Shown here: piece after piece, positions 13,339-26,579 of the stretch | Layout: each line of letters starts with the position of its first letter | Position numbering within the stretch: position 1 is the first letter of the stretch | NCBI GenBank assembly: GCA_037379345.1 | Contig: CM074514.1 | Span: forward strand, 46,624,001-46,688,000 | Origin: Perna viridis | Taxonomy: Eukaryota | Direction of reading: 5' to 3' | DNA: 64,000 nucleotides | Notes under the pieces: model-generated | Database searches by the model: none | The model's input: only the letters and a program-made list of their open reading frames with translations | What the model was told of the DNA's origin: nothing | Made by a program: the position numbers and the translations under genes

Positions 13339-15392
13339 CTACAGTCATTACTTAAGACAGCAGTGCTCGTCAATCACTTGACCGGTTAATGGTTAATCCC
13401 AATCTGTTGTTGAAGACACAACTTTCTTTTCACTTTTGATTGTAATGGGTGAGAAGAATCCGAGCGAATTGTAAAGACTATTGACCACTGATGGCTTATC
13501 TGTGGTTGAGATGCTGAACTTAAATGAGTCTGTTCGTAGATCCCACAGTATGCCCAAGCTACGTTGTGAAGGAACGTCTTTCTCAAAATCTAAACCAACG
13601 ATGCCCTTAGCTAGATCCTCGCAACCGAACGCTTCCATCACGGTTTGCTGTTTGCAGCAAACTTGTTGAGTATTATATATTCGTAACACAGCATGGAGTG
13701 CTGTGTCTTACTTAATAAGTCTATTGCTATTCTATTCGAGTCTTCAGCTGATGTGCATGGTTTCAAACCATAGTCAACGTTAAAGCCGTTGACAATACAG
13801 TCATTGACCTCAGGTCTGTGTTTTTTCTCGATTAATTTACCAATTTTTTTTGCAGTCCGTATATAATAATTGACATTGAGGGGCTGTTTCCGAATACATG
13901 ATCACGCATCTGGTGTGTAATTAATGGACTTTCAAGTTTGTTGTCCTTGTGCCACAGAAATTTTAAATAGTCTCGTTGATCCTTCTGAACTAGAAAGGAA
14001 TGGAACATATGTCCGATATCTCCTACGACACCTGCGACACCTATCACCTCCTTGCGGAAGCAAATGAGAATTCCGAGAAGATTAGGTCCTTGCTTGAGTT
14101 GATCGTTTAGACATATGCCTTCGAACTTGGCTGACGAATAAATTGCCCCGCGAATTCTGTCTAGTTTCCACGGATGGTATACCCCGATGACAGAAACGAT
14201 GCAGGTTCAATGTGTTTATTGTCGATGATCGTCTGCATAAATGCTAGAAAATGTTCCTTTTTTGACAGTTTTTTTTGTGTAGAGAAGCGTCAAGTGATTT
14301 AGTTCGTCGAAGGGTAAAACTTTCCAGTGCAAAAGGGTGAAAGCGATATCCACTTTCCTTCAGAACTAAGACGGAATTCATTGTCCGTAACTGATTCGTC
14401 GATGCCTTCAACAGTCAATCCTTCGGCTAAGCGACCGTATTTCACAGTTTCCCTGAACATGAATGCATTGCGTATTCAACGGATTCCGACTGTATACCTA
14501 AATCGTCATAACGTTCACTTTCTCCTAGAGTTTTGTTACTTTCATCGTTGAACATTGCATATCTTTCAATCAAACGATGTCGTTTGCCCGCAACAAATAT
14601 ACGAACGGGCAAGATCCTAGCGCAGGATTTTCCTTTAAATTCGCCGCAAATTTCAGTACAGTTTGTGTTCATTGTAGTTTCCTCAGACGGTGACTCCTCA
14701 TCATGATTTTGTACGAAGTTTGAACCTCGGGAGTCGTTACTACTATCAACATGTAGTGCTGTGTAGTGGCGTTCACCCTTACAAATGTCACATTTGATTT
14801 TCATTCTACAAAGACTGGCAAAGAGAGCTGAAGTATTGGAACAGGTAGACAAACATTGTTACTTTTGATAAGTGCTTTCCAATCGTCCATATATTTTGCA
14901 CGGAACGCTTTGCATTCGTTGATTGTGTGTTTAAGGTTTTTGTGAAATAAATATGGATTCTTATTTTTAACCGGAGTGCCTGACTGAACATAACGATCTG
15001 GGTGATCACCAAAGCATTGTTGTCGACAGTTTTTGAAGCATAAGATTATTTTTAATCATAAAGTTAGACATGTCCGTTGAACGGATATTCATAAGACTGA
15101 ATATCTGGTGTTTTTTTAACATGATCATAAATAAATGTTGTTTGAAATTGTTTTATCACTTTACTAGGTGCTGCAAGTGTAGATGGAATTAAGGGACTAG
15201 TCTTTTAGATTTGTGGTATAAACGGTGGAGCTAACACAGACAAAGGCTGAGGAGGAGGTGAATCAAATTTCATTAGTCCTTCGAGATAATGAACTGTTCT
15301 ATAAAAGGGTGATAACTCCTCTTTGGGAGGATGTACAGTTTCGCTGAAAAGTTCGTTTTCTACTTTTTTCAAGACAAGAAGCTTCTGTTTCA

Positions 15393-15911
15393 GCCCCGTG
15401 CAGGTCCGGGTGTCAAACGAATAGGCCTGCAGCAGCGCTAAGCTTGTTGTATAAGGCGACTAAATAGTGCTCAGAAACCTAGCCGGGGGCTAGGCGCTCT
15501 GCCCACAGAGCAACTGGGATGTGTGCCCCAGGTGGTGGAATGGGGTACCCCTGGCATGTTATATGCTGGGGTTGTCAGGCTATAATACGGAATACCTGAC
15601 CGCAAACCATAGTGGTGCACCGTGTTGGGAAAGATGCCACGTTCCTCGCACGTTAAAGAACCCTGCTGTGGTATTCGATAGGAGTAGGAACCACCGCTCC
15701 GCCACAGGAGGCTAAATTGCCCGACCTTACCCATCCCTCCCTATTTCTAGTGGCAATCAAAATTTGTCCACACTACTGTCTTTGTGTCCCATCCCATTTT
15801 TCATTTCATCATCATTTTATGTTCATTTTATCATTTATTTCATGTTCATCGTCTGAATATAGCTAAAATATTGCTGCTCGGACGTTAAACCCCAACAAAC
15901 AAACGAACAGC
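15393..15911 (+). mobile_element. SINE-like non-autonomous retroposon, copy 2
   Basis: Head gccccgtgcaggtccggg...aggcgactaaa, body gcacgttaaagaaccc, tail ggacgttaaaccccaacaaacaaac. agcttctgt is duplicated at 15380-15388 and 15912-15920. Confidence 0.85.
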
Positions 15912-16582
15912 AGCTTCTGTATTTTTCAGTTGTTCAAGCCTTTGTTATTGTAAAGTTTTGTCAAGTTATTCCTTTTTGAGTTTTTTTTTTTTTTTTTGCT
16001 TTCTATGTATTGTTGTGTCACTCTTTCTGACATTGTCTGAGCACCTTTTGCAGCTGCAAGACTACTGACTCTAAATTTCCATTAATACTATTAAATCTTT
16101 TGAACATTCGGGAGGACCTTTGAGATCTTACTTCAAAGGATTCCTTAACTGAATGGATTTGATCAAATAATTGATTGCAAATTTTCTTGATCTTTGACCT
16201 TTTAGGCCAGTATGTTTCAACTTCTTGTATATCATCTGCTGAAGTTGATCGTATAAAAAGTTCGAACATTCATTGGCTATGGAATCATATCGGACAAATG
16301 CAGCCTGTAAACTGGTCACTGTAAACGGCACTGTCCAAAGCTTCAGGTGATTTTGAAAACGGTTCATAACTGTCAATACCATCGTTCAACATTGTCGTTG
16401 TTGCAGAAAGTTTTTCAACAAGTTGGCTCTCAGACTGGCTTGAAAATCGTCTCCCTGTTCTGTCTGTGTAATGATTCAACGTTCTTTATCTTCGGTACAG
16501 TTGGTAGTCATTGCGATGACTAACAAAGTGTGACGATTTGCTGTATAAACATTTCACTCTTTATACTCTTTATTCACATTTT

Positions 16583-16788
16583 AACCCAAGAAATGTGTGA
16601 AATATGCTTTATTTCGTATACTCAAATGTATGTGTGATGCAATGTTTGTGCGCTGATAGAGCAAAAAGAAAGATTTGTGGTGACTAAACTTGACAGGAAA
16701 TACGACCGACATGGTAATAATAAAATCGGAATGTACCACAGTTCCGTGTGAAATTTAACTATGGGGCGAAAAAAAAATAAATAGCAGA
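16583..16788 (-). repeat. BEL 5' LTR remnant
   Basis: Direct repeat of the 9349-9449 blocks, upstream of gag. Confidence 0.65.
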
Positions 16789-17862
16789 GTGTATCTTGGT
16801 AGTGCATCATATGAATTTATATCTAGGTAGTGTTTAATAAAATTTAGTCAAGTAAATGTACCTAAAATTTATGTACCGTGGTATTGTGTTCTAAGAATGA
16901 ATCAAATACATGTACCATGGAAGTGTGTAATTTGAACGAAGAAAGTATATGTACCTTGTAAGTGTGTAAGAAGAACAAATAAACCTAACGTACCTTGGTA
17001 GTACCTCGGAGATGTGTAATAGGAAAAGGTAAATTGTAGCACCTTGGTAGTGTGAAATAGGAATGGGTGTGGTATATGTTCTTTTGAGTGTGTTGTGCAA
17101 TAAGAATGGATCACATTTATTTACCTTGGAAGTGTGTAATTTGAACGGAGAAAGTATAGGTACCGTGGAAGTGTTTAATAAGAACGGATAGAGCTTATAT
17201 ACCTTGGAAGTGTATCATATGAATTAATATCTTGGTAGTGTGTAATAGGAATTGATTAAGTATATGTACCTTGGTTGTGTGTCAGAAGAATTAGCATCTT
17301 GTTAGTGTATAAAAGGATTTATTTAAGTAAATGAATATTGGTAGTGCTTAAAAGTAATGAGTAAAGTACAGTACCTCGGAAGTTTGTAATAGGAATAGGT
17401 AAATTAGTTTTGTTGGTAGTGTAAAAAATGAATTGGTTTAGTAAATGTACATTGGTACAGCGTAATAGGTATGGGTAAAGTATAGTATCTGGTAGTGTGA
17501 AATAGAAATGAGTAAAGTAAAGTACCTTTGTAGTATGAAATAGGAAGGAGTAAAGTATTTGAACCTTGGTAGTGTGTGATAAAAAAACGGATAAAGTGTA
17601 TGTATCTTGGTGGTGGGTAATTGGAACGAGGTAAGTAAAAAGCTTGGTAGTGTGTAATAGGAATACGTAAAGTATACGTATTTTGGAACTGTATAATAAG
17701 AACGGGTGACGTGTATGTACCTTGGTAATGTGTAGTAGAAATAAGTAAAATATAATACCTTGGTAGTATGTAATAAGAATGGTTAAGTGTATGTACCTTG
17801 ATAATGTGTAATCAAAATGCGTAAAGTCTATGTTCCTTGGTAGGATGTAATAGGAACCATAA
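16789..17862. repeat. Same ~38-bp tandem repeat, right part
   Basis: Same core and orientation as 8688-9310. It resumes immediately after the BEL LTR. Confidence 0.9.
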
Positions 17863-17897
17863 TCCCTAAGATCGATGCTTAAGCATATCAAACTTAC

Positions 17898-18032
17898 GTT
17901 CTTCGTCAGATGATACTGAGTATGACGAAATACTGTCGTTGTCTTCTTTTGGATCACTTTTACTTTCATCTGTGATTTTTTGTGTTTGAGCCAATTGGTT
18001 GTATCCACGTTTTGATCGTTTTTGATTCAATC
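17898..18032 (-). CDS. Host gene exon 4: G-LNQKRSKRGYNQLAQTQKITDESKSDPKEDNDSISSYSVSSDEE
   Basis: 135-nt exon with acceptor tttgttttatag| and donor C|GTAAGT. Phase 1->1. Confidence 0.65.
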
Positions 18033-19611
18033 CTATAAAACAAAACAAAAAACAAATAATCATATATATTGCAACAAATAAAGAACGAAATCAGATTAGA
18101 CATATAGCAAACTTAACATAATATATGTACTCATTTCCTTGCCAGAAAATACGTTATTCAAACTTTGAATAATTTATAGAAAAGAAACTTCAAAACTTTA
18201 GAACTGGTATTGTTAGTAATAAAATGCGACATTTGGCACCACGCCGTTCTGCAATATGCTTACATGTGTCTCATCAAAACTTAATTTCCCCTATCGTATA
18301 CTAGTATCAGATCTCGAGAAAAGAACAGGGAATGGGAATAAAAAATTATTACACAATATTAATTGATTTAAGCAACAACCTGTCAAGATAACAAGAAACC
18401 TTGACGGCACTAAATGAAAGTTATGGAGCTTCCTGCTGAAGTTTGTTGATATCATAATATAAATACCAAGTTTTTTACTGATTATGCTTTTAATTTCATC
18501 ATATACGTTTGAACATATGATATGATAATCCGTAACCACGTGCGATGGATGTCATATTTCCTTCCTATCCAGATAAAGCCAATCCTATGGGCGATAATAA
18601 ACTGTAACTGTCATATTCAGAGTTAACCGTGTATGGTATCAGTAATAAATAAAATAAACTGAACACTAAGTACTTTAATGTCTACACACTGTCATTAACT
18701 GTTAAATTCGATATAGTAAAAATGGTCAATCTTGCACTTCAATGTGGCTTGTCAGTTTTTTCCTTAAGACATATTAATGACAAATAAGATTTTTTAAATT
18801 CAATACAATTCCGAAATATCTTATAAACCACCCACAGTATAGAGTTTCAATACAAACTGTAATATTGTTCATCGTTTAAATTAGTTGATCCATGGACAGA
18901 CCTATCAGAACTCCAATACTTCTTCACTGTTTTTTCTGTTTTCCTTTTTTCATTTTCAATCGTTCATTAAACAAAATTATTAATTTAAAGATATGGCCAG
19001 CTGGGATGTTTCATTGAACTTATCAGACATGATATAAACACATTTAATATCTATTTGATTATATACTACAGTTACTTCTGTACGAATTTTGTCTACTCAT
19101 GCATATTGGAATGTCGTCGAACCGGTTCCTTGAAGACAGATATGTTTTGATCTCATATGTACTTAAAAAAATACTAAAAGTTGTTAATATTATTTATGTA
19201 TTTTTTCTATGTTAAATTGATTTTTGTAAAAACACATTGGCTTTAATTTTGGCACCGTAAACGTTTTTTTTTTTAATTTACAATATTTGTTCTATATATA
19301 ATGCACGTGGGATCGAGAGGTTGCAGCACATGCCTGATGTTGCAACTCCTCGAACTTCCCAAGATATTCCATAAAATCATGTTAACTATCAAATAAAATT
19401 AGTACTGATGATGAACCAACACTCTGTTCAAATAATACCAGATCCTCAAAACTGTTTTCAAGTGTACATAATGTTCCTTTCCTATTACAGCTCCACAATT
19501 TATTGTTTATAATTCATATTTGAGTCTCTGAAAGAATTTAAACCTTTTCACATGTAAGTCAACATGAATATCATAACTAGAACTTATGTAATATACTTGT
19601 ATTGTGTAGGA

Positions 19612-19812
19612 GCGTAATTAAGGGAACCAAGGTTCTAGAGGTAACCAGGGACAAAGACCTGACATGGAAAACAGACATGCAACAACAAAGAACATAAAAT
19701 AATACATACTTAGTAATAAAAGCAAACGAGCAACGGAATGTACTTAAAACTGGGAGCATGGACCAGGTGCACAGGTAGGATAAGCATCCTCTGCTTTTCT
19801 TGAAATACCAAC
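19612..19812 (-). mobile_element. Penelope-like 3' tail, diverged
   Basis: Reverse-complement similarity to 6121-6357. Confidence 0.75.
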
Positions 19813-20079
19813 CAGAAATTCTTTCATTATGTGACCTCTTTCATTTTCTAATATGTCATTCTGTTGTGACACGATATTTAGATAAACCCTGTTTAAAAAT
19901 GTCAATCTTGCAGCGACTGAAACGAACGGTGAAACAGTTTTGTATAGAACTAAAACATCCGATTAGTACAAATGATATTTAGAACTTAGTCGACGACTCA
20001 AAAGAAGGTGCCGTCAACGATATACACTCCGATAACATAATCATAAAAAGCGATTTTAACGATAACCAATTAGCTATAA

Positions 20080-22040
20080 TTGCAAATTCGAAAATCCAGT
20101 GCATAGCTTTGCGCTATATTGTATCGCGGCTCATCGATGGACCTACTTACTTCACTGAACATACGACTTCATTGAATGATCTTATTCTGAGGAATGATTC
20201 CTTAAACTGCTATTGCTCCAACACTCCTGTGATCAAATAAGGTATCATTGTCCAATTGTTGCTTTTATAAACGTTCCGAAACCAACTCAAACATAAACTA
20301 AGCGAAAGATATGGCTATATAACGGCAGCAACCATGATGAGTATATACGTATTTTAGCCAACTCTGATTAGAAATCTATATTCGATCGTGACGATATCGA
20401 CGAAATATAATCCGGTATTTGGAAGGTCGATTTATAGACTGCAGAGACAACTATACCAAATAGAATGGTTACTATCTGTAATGCCTAAATTTTATGGATT
20501 TTAAAAGATGTTTGAAAGTTTATTCTAAAAAAAGAATCGAATTCACAGAAAAGCCAGTACGACTGGGCAAAAGTTCGCAATGGCTTGACATCCAAAACTA
20601 GAAATGCACGTAAAAATTACAGTGATAATCTTTTAGATAAGTTATCACAAGAGAATGCGTCTTCAACAGATTGGTGGAAAATTTGCAAGCATAAATTATG
20701 TCTTAAATCATCATTTTCTACCACCCCGACGCTATTAAAAGACAACCGTTTAGTTTTTGACGAAGTGGAAAAGCCGATGAATTCAATAATATTTTTGTTG
20801 CAAACCGAATTGAACGACTCCAATCATCGTGTTCCCAATATTGCGGAAAGTGACCATTAACTTCAAAATAAAGATATTTCTGAATCCGACGTTGTAAACG
20901 TTTTGGTATGCCTAAACGTTAGCAAAGCAACTAGTCAAAATATGATAAGTCAAAGGAAGGTCATTCACAACTAAAATATCAGTTTTGTAGATTGTTTAAT
21001 CTCTCATTAACGTCACTGTCGTTTCCAACAAACTGGAAACAGGCACATGTTGTTCCAGATTTTATAAATGGTAATTCTAACAAAGAAAAAAAAATACCTA
21101 CCAATATCATTGTATGGAACGCTGTGTTATATACATAGTATTTTGGTAGACTATTACTCGTAACCGGTTAGGCTTCACTCGTGGTGACTCTGCGATTAAT
21201 TTTACAAGCTTAACAATCTACGATTTCGGTCGTGCCTTAGATAATGGAAAGAAAATACGTGTGGTGTTTTGTGATACTAGTCAAGCTTTCGATCGTGTTT
21301 GGCATGAAGGGTTGTTATTCAAGCTAGAAACATATGGTATTTCTGGCAATCTGTTAAATTGGATAAATTCTAAACGGGAAAAAGTCAAACTGGAAGGACG
21401 TTAAGGTGGGTGTTCCGCAAGGTTTAATATTTGGACCTTTACTCTTTTTGATTTTTAATAACGACATTGTTGATGAATAAGATGCATCCTCGCTCATGTT
21501 ACGAGCCTGTTTATTGTAACAGACAATCCCGCCGACTCACTTAAGTTCACCAGTGGTAAGAAAAATTGTAAGTAATGTTAAATCGACAAAGGAGGAGTCA
21601 ATTGTCATTTCACATAAATCAATAGAGCCGTTACATCTACCACTTACAGTGAATCAACACGATATGCAAGAAGTTTCTGGTCATAAGCATCTGGGAATTA
21701 TTATTTCAAACAATGGTGCGAGACACGATCATATAGATTACATCGTTAAAAAGGCATGTCAACGACTAAACATAATTAGTTAAAAACGTTGTCGATAGGT
21801 TTACTTTAGAGATAATATCTCAGTTTTATTAAGCCTATTTTTGATTACGGGAATGTAATTTGGGACTATCAAAGCAGTCGTTTGTAGATAAAGTTGAAAA
21901 TATATTGATGTGCAAGAATTGTCACAGGGGCTACTAAGCTGACATCTTATGTTAAAATTTGTGAAAAACGGTGTTAGAAAAACCTTCCGTAAAAAGGGAG
22001 CATCATTGATTATCTTTTTTACAAAAAGTTTTGTCAAATA
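20080..22040 (+). mobile_element. Heavily decayed CR1-like LINE ORF2 (endonuclease tail plus RT)
   Basis: PTYFTEH, VFCDTSQAFDRVWHEGLLFKLETYGISGNLLNWI, GVPQG..GPLLFLIF.NDI and HKHLGIIIS motifs, with many stops and frameshifts. Confidence 0.85.
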
Positions 22041-23484
22041 AAACCCTAGCGTATTTGGGAGAACCTTATTCTGCGTTTAGTCGGATATCAACAGTGACAT
22101 AATATATCAATTCTACGCTCCTTGTTGTAAATTTCGACATATGGTATATGTTCTGGAGTACTGAAGTTCAATAAAAAGCAGATTAATTGAGACACAATAA
22201 TACTTCATCATTACATTAATATTAGCAAGTCGACATTGTAATTCATTTTTTCTACATCATTCCGACATGTTATCTTTTACATAGTGATTCGATTCCAGCT
22301 TATAACACACAATATAACTTATCATTCTGACTTATTTGCCACAAAGTATCCTTACAAGGGGTGTACCATATGCGTTTCCATAGCTTATAATAGCTGTAAC
22401 ATATGCATTAATCAGCTAGCTACAGCTTCCCAAGATATACATTTTATTAGCTCTTTGAAATTACTTTCAATTGATATTATCTTGAAAAAATGTATTTTCC
22501 TGAAAGAACTTGTCTCAGTAAGATTTAAATTAAAGTCCAAACTCAATCTGCTTGTTTTGTTAGAGCAAAAAAAAGTTAATTAGTTTCAGTGATCATTTTA
22601 TGATTTTCAATTTATTATGCCACGTGTCTGTTGGTTTATAAGATGGAATCACAAATGAAATATATCTGGAAATCTTGTAACATAATACTATACACATTCA
22701 AGTCATACTAAGTTGTTGTCAAATAGTTGAAGATATTTAGTCTATTTCACCACTAAAAGTTGATTTGATTGAACACTTCCTTAGTAATATCGCTTCTGCT
22801 GTATATTAGAATCTTTTTTAGATTTTTTCATAGGTCGTGTAACCTGACACTCATATTACTCTTATTCTTATATATATTCATTATTCATAATTTGAAATAG
22901 GGACAGATGCACTTTCTTAACTTCATTCGATAAACAGACGGTATGTATACAAGCATAATTTTTGTCGAGCATTCACTTTATTATGAGACATTTTTGTAGA
23001 TTGTATAGGCCAATAGTGAGAAAATAACTCGACATAGTCAGCGATTTGATTATCAATAAGATCTTTAAATGATATGTAAAGTCAAACTAAACTTGAAATG
23101 AAAAATGACAATATAGAAAATTGATATTCTTCGAGAATTTAGTCATCTGTATATATCAACATATATACCAGTTCATATTAATTCATGCTTCAAATATTTA
23201 TTGTTGCCAAACCGATGTTTATGTAACACATATGTGTTTCTATTTGATCATCATGTTTCATTTTTAGAATGGAACATTACATATATAGACTAAAAATACG
23301 GTTCAGACGATATCTTAGTTTTTTTTAGACCGTTTAATTTATCGCATCGAGGCTCTAGAGTGACTTCTCCTGTAAAAAGTCAAAGATACAATACACATGA
23401 TTGTCCACAATGCATTAAACAATTTCTGTATAACATCGGTAAAATGATGGTAGTGTAGCACTTTATTTGCAATGTTGCAAATAC

Positions 23485-23681
23485 CAATGTCTTTTCCCAT
23501 TATGGCTTCTTTCGGTTCCATTTCGGTTATTTTGATGAACGTTTTTTTTCGTTTATGATGCTTGTCACAATTACACCGTAAATATTTCTCCTCGGTTTTA
23601 CAGACCGACCGACGTATTAGCGGCGTTTTCCTGACTCTTATTACATTAATTGTATCCGTTGTATCGGGATTAATATAGTTA
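23485..23681 (-). CDS. Host gene exon 3 (candidate): NYINPDTTDTINVIRVRKTPLIRRSVCKTEEKYLRCNCDKHHKRKKTFIKITEMEPKEAIMGKDI
   Basis: 197-nt open, GC-richer patch with acceptor ttctttattttatcaaaaag| and donor G|GTATTT. Phase 2->1. Confidence 0.5.
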
Positions 23682-24883
23682 CTTTTTGATAAAATAAAGA
23701 AGTATTAAATTATTGATTAAAACTGTAGCTGGTAAAGACTCTTGTCTTTGAAGTTGGGTCTTATGATTCCTAATCGTTGATTATAAATGTCTAAATAGAA
23801 AATGTCATATTTTTTATAGAATATATAAAGAGAAACTCCCTTCTGACGTAACCTTTCAATTCTATTTATTTTAGCTTTTAGATTTACTGTTTTTTAAGTT
23901 TTTTCTACAAAAATGTAACTGGCTTACGACAGGCGATCAGTTTGTCTTATTAAACGTATTTCTATCTGTGCTGATTATACCAACAATAAAATAAAATCCC
24001 TTCTATTGATACTAAAATGTTTTATCAGAAGTATTTATTAGACCTGGTTAGACATTTGTCTTGGCAATAGTTGTTAATTTCTTGCATTCTACATAATAAT
24101 AATGACTTGTTTGTCAACTGACAACTATGAACAATAGATAAAACTTCCTACTTAGAAGTGTATCACTACTGCAAAAAATAATGTATTTGCCTTATTGTTT
24201 GCTAAAATGTAATTTAATTTATCACCTACACAGCAATATTACGTTTGCACAACGGAGTCATTTTGGTAGGGTCAATGTTAAAGTCGAATTTTGACCCAAA
24301 GTTGTAAGTACTTAAAAAAAGGGCTAATGTTGGCCAACTTTTACATATGTCCATTGAAGAAAATTAATATTATGAGAAAACTATTTTTATTTTCCTATAT
24401 TCAATAAATAAATAAATCACTGTTTTTAATATTTCTCCGATAAATGCACATTTTTATCTATACGTTAGCCCCAAAAAGTAATAAATATCAGATTGAATTC
24501 AAACAATGAGGATATTATCATGAAATGTCCTCGTAATTGACCACTTTTTTAAATGTTAAAACCTTTTGTTTTGACATCAATAAATTAAAAGTGAAAATAT
24601 ATGTAAAATATCTCCATCTTGATCACTTAGTTAAACTGAGAGTATTATTAAAAACTTTGATATAAAAGTAACTCAAACTTAAACATATCGGAAAAATATA
24701 TCGGTGCATCGAAGTATAAGGACAAAACAGAGAAATCAAAATAACATCAGATGTACTGTACTTCTTGTTAGAATCAGTGTGTTTTTGTGCTAAATAATTG
24801 ATGCTAGATAAGATTTACCCCCTGTTTAGTATATAAGCGTGAAGATTTCAATCAGCACACAGAACTGTCATAAAGACGTTTCT

Positions 24884-25005
24884 ACTTTGTATGTATTATT
24901 TTGGTTAATTTATGTTTTTTGTTGTATGTGTATGTTTTCCATGTCTGGTCTATGTCCCTGGATTACATTCTTTTGATTTCCACTAGAATCTTGGTTCTCT
25001 TGATA
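24884..25005 (+). mobile_element. Penelope-like 3' tail fragment
   Basis: ttccatgtctggtctatgtccctggattacattcttttgatt block. Confidence 0.75.
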
Positions 25006-26355
25006 ATTCTTCCATATTTATTTCATTATTCTAGTCGAATCATTATCATCTCTCCAATTCAGTGGTACTTTTTAGCAGGATATTTCGCGCGTTGCAGTTT
25101 TGGTTACTCTTTTTTTATCCAAAACCATTGGGAAATGGAAAGAGTCCCCATATTGGTAATTTAAGCAGATTTGAACCAATGACCTAAACATCACCGAGTG
25201 TTTGATTTCTGTCTGTCAGTATAACTCTTGCCGATTACACGTTTCCCGTATTAAATAATAATAAAATCATTTCAGTGCCTGAAATCAAAGTACAAAATAT
25301 AAAAAAATGAAAATAAATGGCAACCTACTCTCGATATTTTCCGTCGGATTTAGGTTTTAGAAACGTTTTATTTATTTTATTCTTATTCGAGTTTAATCAT
25401 CCATTGTAAAATAGAAATATTGTAACTTTATCATGCCTACAAGTAATTCAGAAAAAACGACTAGCGAAACAGACAATATGGTCAACTCATAGATATCTGC
25501 AGAAACACCAGATAAATCTGAAGTAAAAAATAAACAATTCAGGCTAGCAAAAATTGAGAATGGTGCAAGAAAACTGGTAATGTCATTTGACCAAGGAAGT
25601 ATAATAAAAATTATAAAAAATAATACTAGTACAAATAAAAAAGACCAATTACAGATGCTGGTGCTGGTTTGACAAGGTCCTGTTTTAACTTAGTCTTCGT
25701 GTCGAATTATTAGTTACCATAAGTACAGGTATCGATTTCACCAAGTGTAACTGCTTCTCACACTGTGAGCGCTACCAATCGGACTAGAAACCCATGAATG
25801 AAATGTCTACAACTGATTATAAATAGTAATTATGCCAGTGAATTTAATACAAAAACAGTACAATATACAGCATAATTTTCCAAGTTGTTACTGTCTAAAT
25901 ATAAAAGCAATGTGGAAAACTAAACAAGTTAAACTTAATATGCAATAAACATGTTTTATATAATCCCAATCTGATCTGATGGCGTTTCAAGTTTTCAATA
26001 AGACCTGATAAGTGTCCATTAATATACTTTATATTTATTTGGTATGTTATTGACGCTTGTATACCGTACACGGTTTAATTAGTGACTATTAGATGTCTTT
26101 TTAATCTTAAAAAAATCAGAAAAAATTCTGTTTGTATCCTTTTGATATTAAAGCCACTTTAATAGAGACTTAACAAAAGGAAAAAAAAAGAATACAAGCT
26201 CGGACATATTTCCTCAAGAAAAACAAGACATGATATGCATTATATATTTTAATATACCGTGAATTTTTCGATGTAATGGAAGCACGAGATCTAGAGCGTT
26301 ATAAAACTATGTTTTACGCTCCATTTTATAAGCAAACCTAGTTTCGGGGATTTAA

Positions 26356-26566
26356 GGAGGTATACAAGGGGTAAGGGACACAACTCTTACAAATAATGGA
26401 ACGTTTGTATTCAGTATTTTACATCATTCTCATGCAAGAATCAAAATAACTTGCACTGATTTCATTCTGTTTCAAAGGAAAGCTTGATAGGCTATGATGA
26501 AATTGAATATGATACAAACATATTACTGATTGTAAGAAATATGTCCCTTACCCTAGGTCTACCTCC
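26356..26566. mobile_element. 211-bp MITE with TTAA target duplication and GG termini (Kolobok-like)
   Basis: ~37-bp imperfect TIR ggaggtatacaaggggtaagggacacaactcttacaa / ttgtaagaaatatgtcccttaccctaggtctacctcc, with TTAA on both flanks. Confidence 0.85.
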
Positions 26567-26579
26567 TTAATACAACGTA

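Larger units (their letters stand above)
9302..16788 (-). mobile_element. Decayed BEL/Pao LTR retrotransposon with nested insertions
   Basis: Minus-strand order is gag Zn-knuckle (CDICKGERHYTALH), protease-like (RYAMFNDESNKTL), RT (DIGHMFHSF, VFGNSPS), RNase H (GKAKVAP, LELCAAVLA), integrase (RSDNGTNFVGAANEL). A PPT-like agacgaggag sits at 9450-9459. Direct-repeat LTR remnants at ~9349-9449 and ~16583-16788. The left boundary is approximate. Confidence 0.88.

Noticed and set aside
12835-15734. Duplicated small ORFs (MAERKGSY..., MCPRWW...) as a paralogous gene pair
   Set aside because: They are chance ORFs in two copies of the same SINE-like element, each with a TSD.
17319-18008. 229-aa ORF (also 8855-9244 and 16891-17114)
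   Set aside because: These are translations of the ~38-bp satellite. Only 17898-18032, in another frame, has exon signals.
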